Assembly (NCBI RefSeq): GCF_964355755.1
Contig: NC_092677.1
Coordinates: 10,438,101-10,502,100 of the forward strand
Reading direction: 5' to 3'
From: Antedon mediterranea
Taxonomy: Eukaryota > Animalia > Echinodermata
DNA: 64,000 bases
Below are positions 39,572 through 52,141 of this stretch, piece by piece. A program made the position numbers and the translations under genes. The notes beneath the pieces are model-generated. The model did no database searches. It was not told where the DNA came from and was given only the letters and a program-made list of their open reading frames with translations. Positions within the stretch are counted from its first letter, which is position 1. The number at the start of each line of letters is the position of its first letter.

Positions 39572-41289
39572 AAACTAGAAAGCCACTACGAGAGTGCATA
39601 CCTCCGCCTACTGTAAAATTCTCCTACATAAGATTTCTCCGGTAAAAAAAAAAATATATATATATTTGTGTGTGTCTTAATGCTGTTTGTGATTTAGGCT
39701 AATTTCACTACAAGCATATGTATGCGAGTTTGGTGTAATGGTTATGTAACAAGCCTTTCAATTAACAATAGCTTCAGTTGACTAACAATAGAATAGCAAC
39801 GCGAAAATCAAACGAGTGAATTTGAAAAGAAATAGGTTTTTGAAACTACTCGCATCAAAAAACGTGCACATTAAATCAAATTATGTTATAAAATTACAAA
39901 TCACAAATTATAACTCTTGGCTCTTGTTAAAAAATGAAGTTTTTTGGACAAGTAGCTCTCGAGAAAATGCAATTTCAGTTTACTTGTTACTTTAAGACTG
40001 CTCGCCGGCTTTTGAAAAATTCTGTCCTATCTTTTAACACTAGCAGGTCTAAAAAAGTATACTTTTTACGCATCAGGACTATATACATGAAAAGTAATTT
40101 TAATCGTTAATTATTAGAACAAGATCAGTATCAATTTAACAGTGAAGTACTTTCGATTAACAACAAACAAAATATTCAAAATATATTCAGGAACCATGGC
40201 GGTACGGTAACTTTATATTTTCTAGGCCCCCAACAAAGTATGATCGCGACGAACAACGCACTTCATCGCGTGACAAGAAAGCGCTAGGCCCCCTAAACAT
40301 TCCATCGCGTGGTGAATTTCCGCATCTGCCATTGTCGCTATGGCGTGACGTAGTTCAAGTCGAACTTGCGCGAAGAAAATAATGTAATTTGTATACGGTT
40401 GTAAATAAAGATTATTTTCATTATTATAACTTATACCAATGTATACTTAATTAAGCTAATATAAAAATAGATATTTCATTTTTCAATATCTGGCCAATAT
40501 AACAACTCAATGACTGTTACGTTTTTCATAAACATCGTTTAAAAACCATTTAGTCGACCATTTAGCCTGCCCCCTCCAGGACTAAAAAAATCGATCAAAA
40601 TTCGTCTCGATTTAGTCGAGGTTGGCCTGAATTAGTCGGCGATTTAGTAGAAGTTCGGTTTATGAATTAAAATGACGTCATTTTTAAAGTTTTAGCTTGA
40701 ACTACGACTAAAGTCCGGTTTAAGAATACGGGCGTGTGTGTTCAACTAACAATAGCTTCACTCGACTAACAATAGAACAGCAACGCGACAAACAGATGGG
40801 TGAATTTGAAAAGAATTAGGTTTTTTAAACTATTCGCATCAAAAAACCTGTATATTAAATCAACTTATGTTTTAAAATTACAAATCACAAATTATAACTC
40901 TTGCCTCTTGTACAAAAATGAAGTTTTTTGGAAGAGTAGTTCTCGAGAAAATGCAATTTTAGTTTACTTATTAATTTAAGACTGCTCACCGGCTTTTGGT
41001 AATTCTGTCCTATCTTTTAACACTAGCAGGTCTGAAAATAATTTTTAAAAGTGGTCCAGAATTGGGACCGTGGTTCAGATTTTAACAAAAATTGGGCAGT
41101 GTCGTCCTTGCACCAGGTGACATGTATGGTAGTAATTTGGAGTCATTCGAATCAAAACTGTGAGCGCTAGAGTGATGACAAACAAACACAAAAACCAAAC
41201 AGATCAACATACTTGGCCAATTTTCAATTTGGCCAAGTAACAAACAAACACATGCTACCGATTACATATACCTCCTTGGCGGAGGTAAA
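39572..41289 (-). mobile_element. Helentron-derived non-autonomous element (HINE/DINE-1-like)
   Basis: Minus-strand 5' end TTTACCTCCGCCAAGGAGGTAT plus a (GTTT)n microsatellite. The 3' end GGCGGAGGTATGCACTCTCGTAGTGGCTTTCTAGTTT has a subterminal IR and stem-loop. Internal direct repeat of about 295 bp (39757-40050 and 40740-41033). Confidence 0.75.
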
Positions 41290-41746
41290 TTAGGCCTAGC
41301 TAGTCTAGCCTAGCCTAGTACTGTAAAATAAAATATTTAATTTGCATGCCATGCATGTCGTGTCCTAGCCTAGCTTATGTCCTCTATGACCTATTCAGTT
41401 TGATTGATAATGATTGCAATATATAACATTATATGAAAGGAAGATGCACTATTTATCTAGGCATAGGCCTAGGCCACTGTCAGTGAGTGACAGTGTCATT
41501 CATACACAGCGCGTAGGTAGGAAGAGATTAGGTTTCCCCTGTCGCAGTTGGAGTAAGAAGAGGTGAGGTAAACAACAATATGGGCCTAACTTTACAAGCC
41601 TTAAATTACTTACTAAACATTCAATTTAACTAGATATGCCCCTTAATTACCTAAATAATATTATTTATCATTTATGTGTATAAAATCAAACTTAAATCAA
41701 AAACTAAACATTGTTTTTAATGAATAAATATATTTCATTTGCTCAC

Positions 41747-42210
41747 TATTTTCTATTTTGCGCTTTGACATTCCGCCATTCTTTGATTATAAAACGCCCT
41801 CTACAGACTTTACTACCGACCAATCAAAACTTCACGTCTTAATTTTTTCCCCCGCATAAAAAAAATGTATTCATTCATTAGTCCAGTTCCCTATGTATTT
41901 TCGTGTGCAAATCATGGGGAAAGAGTAAACATTGCGTTTTATAATTATTTGAAGCATGCTGGTTTATAAAAACCTATGTTGTCAAATTTCTAAATTCATC
42001 TTTTAACCTCTGAACTCAATTTGAATATTTTGACCCATTGAAAAGAAAATGGTCATATCTTTGCAACGTTTAGATTAAATGAAATAATTTTCAAATTATT
42101 GGAAAGATGCATAATAATATTCGTTCTAATCGAAAAGTTAGTCCAAAAATGGCCGGAAGTAGGATTTTTGGCATATGCAAATTTATAACGTAACGATTAG
42201 AATGACGTAA
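41747..42210 (-). promoter_or_regulatory. Probable CEP192 non-coding first exon and promoter
   Basis: Minus-strand donor GTGAG at 41742-41746. YY1-like AAGAATGGCGG at about 41773-41783. CCAAT at 41820-41824. ETS CCGGAAGT at 42153-42160. CRE-like TGACGTAA at 42203-42210. Matching acceptor at 39443-39444, 20 nt upstream of the ATG. Confidence 0.45.
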
Positions 42211-43147
42211 TATGAAGCGCGTATAAGACTATACTATTGTCACCTTTGATTACTCCGTGTAGATTTGTGGCATAACAGGTAGTGCTCTAGTAACTATCGT
42301 TTGGATTCTCTCAGCTCTACTAGCTAGGGTTCGAATCTCTACGGATTTCTTTTTTTAAAAATAAATATAAAATGTTCTTCTTTTATTTTGAAAAAGATAT
42401 TTAGGGAGTCAAGTTAATTTAGGATATGCAGGGGCTGGTCCTGCAGACTTATATTCTTTCCATATTTCGAAGTTCAATTTCCGGCGGGGGCACATGATGG
42501 CAACTCTATTTTTCTAACAACCATGGTGGGCTGGTCCTGTAGACTTATAATTTCGTTTCATATTGTTTTTATTTAACCATGTTTCATGGGGGTAGCCCAT
42601 TCAGCAAAGCTGGTCATTGGCGCCCTCGACAATACAATACAAACAGTAAAAATACATTATCATAAACAAATTAATTATAAAAAAAAAATACTATAAATAT
42701 AAACAATTGTGATAAAATTCAAAACTCAAAAATTAAATTCAATATAAATTATACACAAAGTGACGAGTTCAAATCTAGTTTTTTGTGGAGTTATGGGAAA
42801 ATAGGAATTTAAACGTGCGTTTTTAAAAAATAATTTAATATCATGGATCTAATACCAAATCCGCATGATCTAGCAATTCAATCCGCATGATCTAGGTCTA
42901 CGTTTTACCCATGATATTAGAATTGATTTGTAAATTTTAGACTAGAGCTTACTTAATTATTGTATGATAATTATCAAAATACACAATTAACAAATCAAAC
43001 CTAACACAGAGAAGAATGATTGGAAGTACATTGTATCTTGGGCCCACATAGTAAAACAATTCATGCGTGACGCGTTGCTTAGTGACTGTACACTTCCGTA
43101 TTTGTCATTGATTATATCAATAAAGTCACCAGTTTATACCTAACAAA

Positions 43148-46100
43148 ATGGCGCTCGGTTTATCTCATAAAAACAACTTAAATACATGGTTATCGTGGCT
43201 TATGTCCATCAGTCATTTGGTGGTGTTATTTGCAACGTTTACAGAAGGAATTGACGTTGGTAAGAGACTTGAATTGTTCGTACTTAATGCTTTATTACCT
43301 TGATACTTAACAGCTACAATAATTACAGTAATCACAGCTAGTGCTAACAGTTATATATCCCTAGCTGCATTAATTAAATAAACTAGATGGCACGCTCGCT
43401 TCGCTCGCGTACCATCTAGGTCGTGCCCACAGATGGTTCTCGAATACACAGTATTTTCCAGCGAGAAAAAAATGGAGATTTCAAATGTACGTACTGCAGG
43501 ACTATAATACATTGTCGTTTACAGAAACGAATAAATATACACGATGATTTATGAAGTCAGCTAAAATTAGCACCCTGGGAATTACTTCCGAGAGAGAAAC
43601 AAAATGAGTCAATTTTTTTTTATTTGGATTCATTTAAACAAACCCAATTTGTGTTTTGTATGTAACATTAAGTGTTGAGGGATGGGGAAGAAGATAGGTA
43701 CAAAGAGGAAACATTTTAAAATATATTCTTATCCACTCAGTAACGAAATATTGTTTTTAATGTTTTATAGGCCTATAAATAATATACCACTAAATACAGT
43801 AAAACATTTACGATTTAATACTTTGTTAAAACTCTCACTGTCATAGTCGATTGAAATAGTAAAGTACATGTAACGATACACCACTACGTACGTTTATATA
43901 TTTTTTAATTATTAATTAATACAAACGTTGAGAAGCAACTGTCAGTAATAACGTTTATTTATTTGTATATTATATGTTTATAATCTAACAGTAGGGCCTA
44001 CCCACACTCACAGTAATAAAGTTTATTTGTATATTTGTTTATATTATATCTAGCAGTACCAACACTCACAGTAAGAAATTTGCGATTCAAATTGCGATCA
44101 AAAGTGGTTAATACCTTAACAGTATTGTACAGCATTGCAATACTATTTATGTTTATTCTCCAAGGGGGCCCATAAATCTAAATCTATACCTCTATGGTTA
44201 AACCAAATAATTTGGAATGTTCCATTCATCACAACTCAATAAATTTGTAAAAACGTATATTACATGTATCAAAATAGCATTTTTTAAAGAAAATCGGCCT
44301 GTCTTCAACATTATGATGCTGTACTCGAGCAGTTCAACCGGTTTTCATCTATTAAAAACAATTATCGTAGGAGGAGATAGGAAAATGCGAAGCGTCCTCG
44401 TATTATTGTGTGCGGGTATTTTTCAAGTTGGACATCCATTAGACAGTGTATACCACGATCGGAAAACACCCCTATTTGGGGAAAATCGTTGAACCTAAAT
44501 TCGTTTTAATCGTCAATAACTAATTATCTAACTCAATTTAATTAGTAAACAGGGTTACATCAGGTGGTTAAAATCAGTACCGAAAGTACGAACCAACTTT
44601 ATATACCATCGAGTAAACATTCTAGAAGTAATGCGCGATTTACCGAATTTTGCCCTTACGTAAATTTATATATAGATACGGCCTAAGGCTACATATCCCG
44701 TCGAAGTTTGTAATTTAATATTGTGGTATCTCAACGTTGTGAATATAAGCAAACTGCCTTGATAGGCTACGATCGTTACCGTTTATTTTAATCACTCTAA
44801 ATTGTTGTTCCACTCCACCCCGAATTCAACAGTACACGTCGTCAATGTCATTCCAATCATATAATAATTATATGATTGTAAATATAACCATTCCTAATCT
44901 CACAATGACAATTAACGTACATACATAGTTCAGACAATGTTAGAGATGCACTACTGTTTATTCGTTTATTCAATAATAAATATTCCACACATATATTAAA
45001 AATACATAAAAATTATATTAACGCGTTTGATAGTAATTAATAAAAACATAGTATGTGTGGAAGGAAACCTAATATAAGTTTACGCCTAGACTCTCAGAAA
45101 TAAGTGAAGTACTGTACAGTAACAAAGAAGTTGGGAAGAAAAAGATACAATATACGATATAGGCCTATTATAACAAGGCCATATGCATGGCTGCTGCAGT
45201 CGCGTGCTCAAGTTAGTGTTTACCGATCAACCGACCAACCGACCGACACTGTAGAGTCGCGCTGCACGCAACTAAAAAAGGAAGGGCAATAGAAAAAGCG
45301 AGAACACCGGAAAGTCGAGATACTCAGGTCTTATATAAGCAACAGACCGGTTATATATGACAAAAGTAAATAATGTTACTATATAATTATTATATTTACT
45401 TTTAGACTACCTAACCACAAACTGTAACAACACAATAACAGCACAGAAAGGCGGTATAATTGAACCCGAATCCCGCCTCTTTTATTCGAATAACGTCGAC
45501 TGCATATCTAGTCTGAAAGCCCCAGAAGGTAGTCAACTTCTGCTCCAATTTTACCGCTTTAGTTTAGAAGACTATGTAAATAACCAGTGTGCTGATAAGT
45601 TAGTTGTTTACGACGGTCTTGCTCCTAACAGTAGCAGACGGTTGACAGAAGAATTATGTGGTCGAATTCGTCCGGAAAACGTTGAATCGACGGGTGAGTC
45701 CGTTACTATTGAGTTCGTATCGGACGAGGATGGCCAATCGACTGGATTCGGGATCTTCTATACTATATTTAGAGACGGTAAGTTTTTTTTTATACTAGAG
45801 GTGAAATCGTTACAACTCCTCATCAATATATCACTTTGCAATTATTAGGAGTATCATTGTCTCTGATGTCATTAGCGTCATATTAGTCACCATCAACCAT
45901 CAACTTTCCCTTATATCACCATCTCACTGTTTTTTCTCTCACACAGCTCCATGTAGCGAAGATGAATTTGAATGCGACAACGGTAAATGTATCGCAGCAT
46001 CTTTAAAGTGCGATACGTATGATATGTGTGGAGATAACAGTGACGAAGCGAACTGTGGTAAGAATAATATTTCTGTAGTTGCTTGAGCTTGATTACGGGG

Positions 46101-47348
46101 CGCCGTTCGGGACTCATTTTCTCGACAAAATACAATCCCGAACAGCGCCCCGTACTACTTGAAATGTCATTCTTTTATTTGACTGAAGTGAATTACAAGT
46201 TAGATACAAGTCATGACGCTTCGGTATACCGTAAATCTTCTAATTGTAACCCTGGGTTATTATTCTTTGATAGTTTTTAAGGTGGGTTAATATTAGAAGG
46301 GGGGTTACTTTTAGAGTAGTGGGTTACTATTAGTAATCTTAAATTAGGCACCCTCAACTTTTCCGGTCAGCAACTCATAGCAAAATAATAAATACGGCTG
46401 CATCATAAGTTTTTATAACTCTAATAGTAACTCCTATGGGTATGGGTTACTATTAGAGCAGTGGGTTACTATTAGAAGATTTACGGTAGGTCCCTCTCTT
46501 TCCGAATGCACCGAGTTCCCCTTTACTAGTGTACACGCGCCGTAATAAGTGTACACTGCTGGACCTCCATTTTAAGTCTCCGAGCAGACTAGGACATCCA
46601 GAGAAAGTCGAGTCGAGTTTGCAATGCCCCATGACCGCTCGGTCACTAGACTCAAAATTCATTCATAATACAACCCTAGTTAATGAGATATTTAAACCAA
46701 ACTCCCTAAAGTAACCTATAACAATAAAATAATATAGAAAAGTGGGCTAACAAGACAATATGAGTCAAGGTAAGAGAAGTGTATGTTTAAGATTGTGACA
46801 CGTTTCAACTTTGTCAATAAACGGGTTTTTCTTTATTGAATTGTCAATGTTCTGAAAACGAGACAAAGCACAGCATGTTGATAAAGTAAAACGATTCTCA
46901 TGAAATGTAGAAACAATCAACAGTGGTTATCTATCCTAAGAAATGTATAAAAACAAATATAAAGTTTAAAGTTATGAATGTATACTTTGACGACGTGACG
47001 ATGTTTTATTGACACTTTTTTTCGTTTCTATTGTCTACTGTACACGCTACTGCGACGCGTTTCAACTTTTGTAAACACAATGTTTGTTTAGGCTTCCTTG
47101 GTTTAAACATTTGTATGTTGCTTTTTGTTTCAGATGAACCAGCTGTGGATGACCGTGGATTGAGTACCGCGGTAATATTTGCTATTCTCGTTGGTAGTAT
47201 TTGCTTCGTCATCGCCGTTATCTATATTGTGTATACGGTTAAAGAAAAGCAACGTCAGAAGAAACTCACAGAACAAATTTTAAAAGAAAGTGTCCTGAAA
47301 CCATCCGACAACAATTATTGTGACAAAGATTTCTGGGGATCTTCTTGA
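43148..47348 (+). CDS. Signal peptide-CUB-LDLa-TM type I membrane protein, about 269 aa
   Basis: Exons: 43148-43259 (signal region), 45406-45777 (CUB: [15 protein letters not shown]...YSNNVDC...VYDG...LCG...TIEFVSD...TGFGIFY), 45947-46057 (LDLa: [35 protein letters not shown]), 47134-47348 (TM and short tail). All introns are phase 1. AATAAA at about 47577. Confidence 0.9.
43383..44676 (-). mobile_element. Non-autonomous Helitron in intron 1 of the CUB-LDLa gene
   Basis: Minus strand starts A|TCTATATATAAAT and ends with the GC hairpin CTAGATGGTACGCGAGCGAAGCGAGCGTGCCATCTAG|T. These are canonical TC...CTAG termini at an AT site with no TSD. Confidence 0.82.
46094..46154. repeat. 61-bp palindromic mini-MITE
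   Basis: TACGGGGCGCCGTTCGGGA...TCCCGAACAGCGCCCCGTA. Confidence 0.75.
46229..46486. mobile_element. Tc1/mariner (pogo-like) MITE, TA TSD
   Basis: TA|CCGTAAATCTTCTAAT(T/A)GTAACCC...GGGTTACTATTAGAAGATTTACGG|TA, with repeated GGGTTACTATTAG motifs. Confidence 0.88.
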
Positions 47349-47899
47349 ACAAGGAAAATGTTGATGAATTTTGGTGACTCAAATACCCAGAATGGCTCGA
47401 AAGATGTATGTGCAAAACGTGTGGCGGAGGTGTTGGATGTTAACTACTGATCGTTAATTAAAATGAAGATGAAACACAATACTTATTCTGTGTCTCCGCA
47501 CTGGTCGTCTCCGACATATACACATAATATTGTACAAATATGTAAATATGTATCATAATATTGTATATTTAAAACAAATAAAGATTTCGAATACATTTTA
47601 ATATAATGCTTTTATTTTTTTTCAAATACTAGATGGAATACGACTGCAAACTACTCGAATAAACTTTTATTGCAATAAAAACAACCGGAAAATTATAAAT
47701 CGTTTGACTCATTTGACCGTCTTATTTAATAATATACGATGGCTTAACACCGGGAAAATATAATTTTTACTTGGTAAAGATCGCCATAATCATAATTGAT
47801 TAAGTCTGAATATTAAATTAAAGATATAATTGGTAACTAGAATGAAAGTAACGTTATTTCCTTATCAGGGATTTATATATTTTTTGTATCTGTCTACTT

Positions 47900-48081
47900 A
47901 AAGACAACTCAGACAGCGTCGTACGACGAGACCCGAAGAGTCGTCTCGCCGGGAGAAAGTTCTCCCGACGACCTAAATACTGCGCCCGACGCTATCTCAA
48001 GACGAATCGTCTCGTCGGAATTCAACTCAGACAGCACCGACGAGTCAAACTTTTTGTCAGACGCTCTCCGAGTTGGCCTTT
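47900..48081. mobile_element. CpG-rich MITE (Harbinger-like) between convergent genes
   Basis: AAAGACAACTCAGACAGCGTC...GACGCTCTCCGAGTTGGCCTTT imperfect TIRs. Confidence 0.6.
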
Positions 48082-48453
48082 AGGGTTGTATTAATTTTAT
48101 GTAGAATAGTACCTGTATGTCTACGTTTTGCAAATAGACATCTAGACGAATTGACTGTTGTGCCAGTTTATCGATATAATCATTATTTACATTGGTAGTC
48201 ATAAATATTAACAATTTCTTATTATATTAAATGTATTCACCGTTTTACCAGACAAACTATATACAGAGTCAATAACCTGATGATGGCTCAAAGCAATTCT
48301 GTACGCATCACGAACAAAATACCATTTTAGTCTTATTATTTTATAATTTTATTGAAAAAAATACTTATATAGCAACGTTACAACTTGTGGCCAATTGCCA
48401 AATTGCGTGTAACATTCTTAGAGACCACTATAAATAAATGTCTTGACTGCTCT

Positions 48454-51025
48454 TCATCTGCTTTCTCTCGCATGGCCACCGTCTCCATTAAAGAAGTCAT
48501 AATAATCTTCTCCACCACCTCCTCCATAACCTTCATCGTCGTGATCACCGCCATGGCCTTTCCTGTTACCTCCCTTTCCACTTCTTGGAATCAAACCTAC
48601 CGCTGCCCAATCATTGTTTCCATCTCTGCGTCCTCCGCCAGATGACGTACCGTCTCCATCACGTCGCGCGTCAGAGCCCCCGCTTCGGCCTTTCCTTCTT
48701 CCCTTACAGCACCGCCTGCACGACCGCCCACATCGTCGAAGACAGCGTCTGCATTTACACCTGGTGCAACAGGTTCTGCAGCAGCCGACAAAACATTGCT
48801 TGCAGAAGTTTCGACAGCAAGCTAGGCGCCAAGGTATGTAACCTGGTCGCCAACACAACCAGTACAAGATGTATAACGCCCATAGAACACCAAGTAGAAT
48901 CATCAGAATCCACCATATAGAATCGACAACTGACACGGATTCCTTACGTATCACTGGAATAAAATACACATAACTGTAACTTCTGTAATGAAAAAAAATA
49001 CACTAAAGCTAGTATTTGATGAAAATGTACATACATGGGCAAAACGAAGGCGCTCCAACTCTCTGGTCTGAACCATCCCCGCAGTTGTTGAAAAAATCAC
49101 ATCTAACGGAACGCGGGACACACAGACCGTTGTCACATTGTAGTTCAAACACTTCATCCGTACAAGTACCTAAATAGATAATTTAAAAAGTAATATTATA
49201 TTTACAATTTAATTTACGAACTCAATTCAGTGAATTAATCTGTTTTATAAACGTCGAGCGTGTAAATGTGTAATCAATTTTAATATCATATCGGTTTTCA
49301 AATGTTTAAACCCTTCCCAACATTCGGTCATTTGATGCCCTCCTGTGTATGGATGGGTGTAATATTAACCATTTGTACAAACGCTCTCTAGATCTCTCTA
49401 GTAGATTTCATAGTGTCAGATTTTGGTACCCATAATTATCACTTCTAGGCCTACCAATTTAAAAGAACCTTTACCTGACGTAAACGAGGTGTACAGAAGC
49501 GTGATGTTGACTGCAGCTCCTGGTGCAATAGAGAAACGAATGATTGCAAATTGAGTGAGCGTTTGGAACGTTGACGTATCATTGAGGCAGTATCTATCAA
49601 TGATATCATCGTCAGAGATGACCTGTCCATCCCAAACAGATATGTACGTACTGCCGCACTCGTTGGTATTGGCTGGATCTGGATAGTATAAACATGAAAC
49701 TGAATTTCACTCTTCGTTATACGAGTGCGTACATGACGTAATTGAGACCAATACTTTAAAGATGCTGGTGTGAACTAAATGTATAAGTAAAAGTAACAAA
49801 TGATCGCAGTGATTAAAATTCATTTAACCACTGATATTGTTGAGAAAACCCCGAGTTTGAGTAACTTCGCCAGACTGCAGCTAACTAGTTTTCAGAGGTT
49901 AGAACTTAAGTTAGCCAATGAAATCATAGTCTTTGTAGTCATGTGATTCTGCAAGTGGATAAAATTACAGTAAAGCCAAATCCACACCAGCAAAACTTTA
50001 GTTTGAAAACGGAGGGTTTTCCCAAGTTTACCAGAGTGTGTACACGCACGCTCGCGTCCGTCAACTCGGTGACGCCACTGACGATACCAAGCAGTAAACT
50101 AAACTTACCTTCAATGACTAGGTCAACAAAGTTAAAAGACAGCCTTTGATCAGATCGTAATGCTTGTACTTGTACTGTGCACGTGATCCGAGATCCAGAC
50201 GTGTTATTAAACACATCCTCGTCATCATGTGATCTTAAAGCATACGCATCTTTCTTACGTAATGCGTTTCCACAATTATCCATCATGTTCACTTGAGAAA
50301 ATAATTAAGTCAATAGTAAGCAATTCGACAATTAATGCATTGTTAACAAAGAAAACAATTATTTATTCTAAATGATTTGAAAAAATAAGTCTATAGGTCC
50401 AAATAATAAAGATACAAGGGTTGGTTCAGGAACTATAAGTTTGACGTTAAGGAGAATTTTTGACGTTAACTAGATGTTTTTTGACGTAGGGAAAAGTTGT
50501 TAACAAACGGTACTTAGACCTAATCTTCATCCAAAGATATTACGTTTACGTGAAATTAGTTTCTTATTAATTATACAATGCTAAGTTCTGTTACTACGGA
50601 AATTGTAAATGTTACCATATGTTATATAAGATACGTGTTGAGACACCAAATGTTTGTAATAATAAGTTTAGCTTATGTAACCTCTGGTCTACATTAAAAG
50701 AGATCAGTGGAAAAAACAAATTTGTTTTGGATAACAAACTCATTGTATGGACCAATAGACTTAATCAAACATTTGTAGGCTTAGTCATACATGAATAATA
50801 CTTCTTCGGGGACATATATTTTCGGACGATATTAAATAATCTAAGTGAATACATCTATGGGGAGACTATGTGTAATGTAGCGTATATATAGGCCTATACA
50901 ATACTCGTCTATTAAAAAAAAGGAGGAGTGGAGAACAATATTGTATACTTACAGTAGCTTGTTATTCCAAGAACAGAACCAATGCACAGGTAAACAAGTA
51001 AAATATGTAATAAACTCGCCGCCAT
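48454..51025 (-). CDS. LDLRAD2-like signal peptide-CUB-LDLa-TM protein with Cys/Arg-rich tail, about 364 aa
   Basis: Exons: 50953-51025 ([20 protein letters not shown]), 50109-50291 and 49475-49678 (divergent CUB), 49035-49169 (LDLa: [34 protein letters not shown]...PSFCP), 48454-48953 ([10 protein letters not shown], Cys/Arg cluster, Gly/acidic tail). Sum 1095 nt in frame. Confidence 0.88.
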
Positions 51026-52141
51026 CTTATTTCGAAGTTCTTCCTTTAATAAGAAATTAATCACAGTACTATACTTTCATTTGCATACAACATATTCACT
51101 CATCAGAAAATGGCTACATATCACCGTTAGTTACGTTTAACAGCGGCGTAAAGGATTCTTGAGCGCGCGCTCTCGCAATGACGTTTTTTAGCAATAGGCC
51201 TAGGCTACCGTATGTGTTTCTCTTTAGCTCATATGTTCCTGAATTTACCATAAACACGGACAACAATTAGGTTACTGCAGCCATAGAAACTCAGTGACGA
51301 GTAGCCGTCACTTGTGTAAGCAGATGTATAACATTGACATTTTTGGCTTAGCCGCTTGTAACCACTTGGCAACCGTCAAGATGCAACATCTGAACATATC
51401 ACACCTCCATTGTTAAACTTCAAGAGCCAATCAAATGTCTTTGTTTAATCCAATATACTTTTAAGTGCAATTTATTATACAATTCTATAGATAAACGACA
51501 CCTGATATAATATTAGAGGGTTACTGTTATGAAATAGTTTATTAAACAAATATCATTCTAACCCGAAATAAAATATCGTGATCTTTTTCGCCACATGTCA
51601 ATGCCTGGGGATACAGCCTTCTCAACCTGAATTCACTACGGTATTGTATTTTTTTTTTCAAGGTTAGGATAATTGTGCACATTTGTGAGTTAATAAACTT
51701 TAAGTTTATATAAGAAACCACTTATCGATGACAAAAAGTACACACGCAATAAGTAATTACTTACGGCGCGTTTATCGAGTTGCTATAGAGACTGTAATCA
51801 CACCAATACACATACGTCCGATCATGGAGGAAATATACATGTTCCTCCGTGGTCCGATTGAGTTAGAAAAGTAGCAAATAAAATACGATGTTTTTACCAG
51901 TCTAATACAATCACAAACGGGAATTGAAAATCAGAAACTGATAATTATTTTACATACATTTAGATTTATTATAAAACAATTTTACTACATAAAAGTTTGG
52001 AAAAAGTGAAATTTATAAACTCTTGTTATAATACAGATGTGTAGCCTATTCAAAATTAATACCGACTACTAAATGTTGTATATTGCTATTATGTAATTAA
52101 ATAAATACTTCTGTAAAAATTCATTATTGTTTTTACATTCG

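Noticed and set aside
42255-42345. tRNA gene suggested by GGTTCGAATC
   Set aside because: B box only, with no consistent cloverleaf. At most a decayed SINE head, like remnants near 20420 and 28445.
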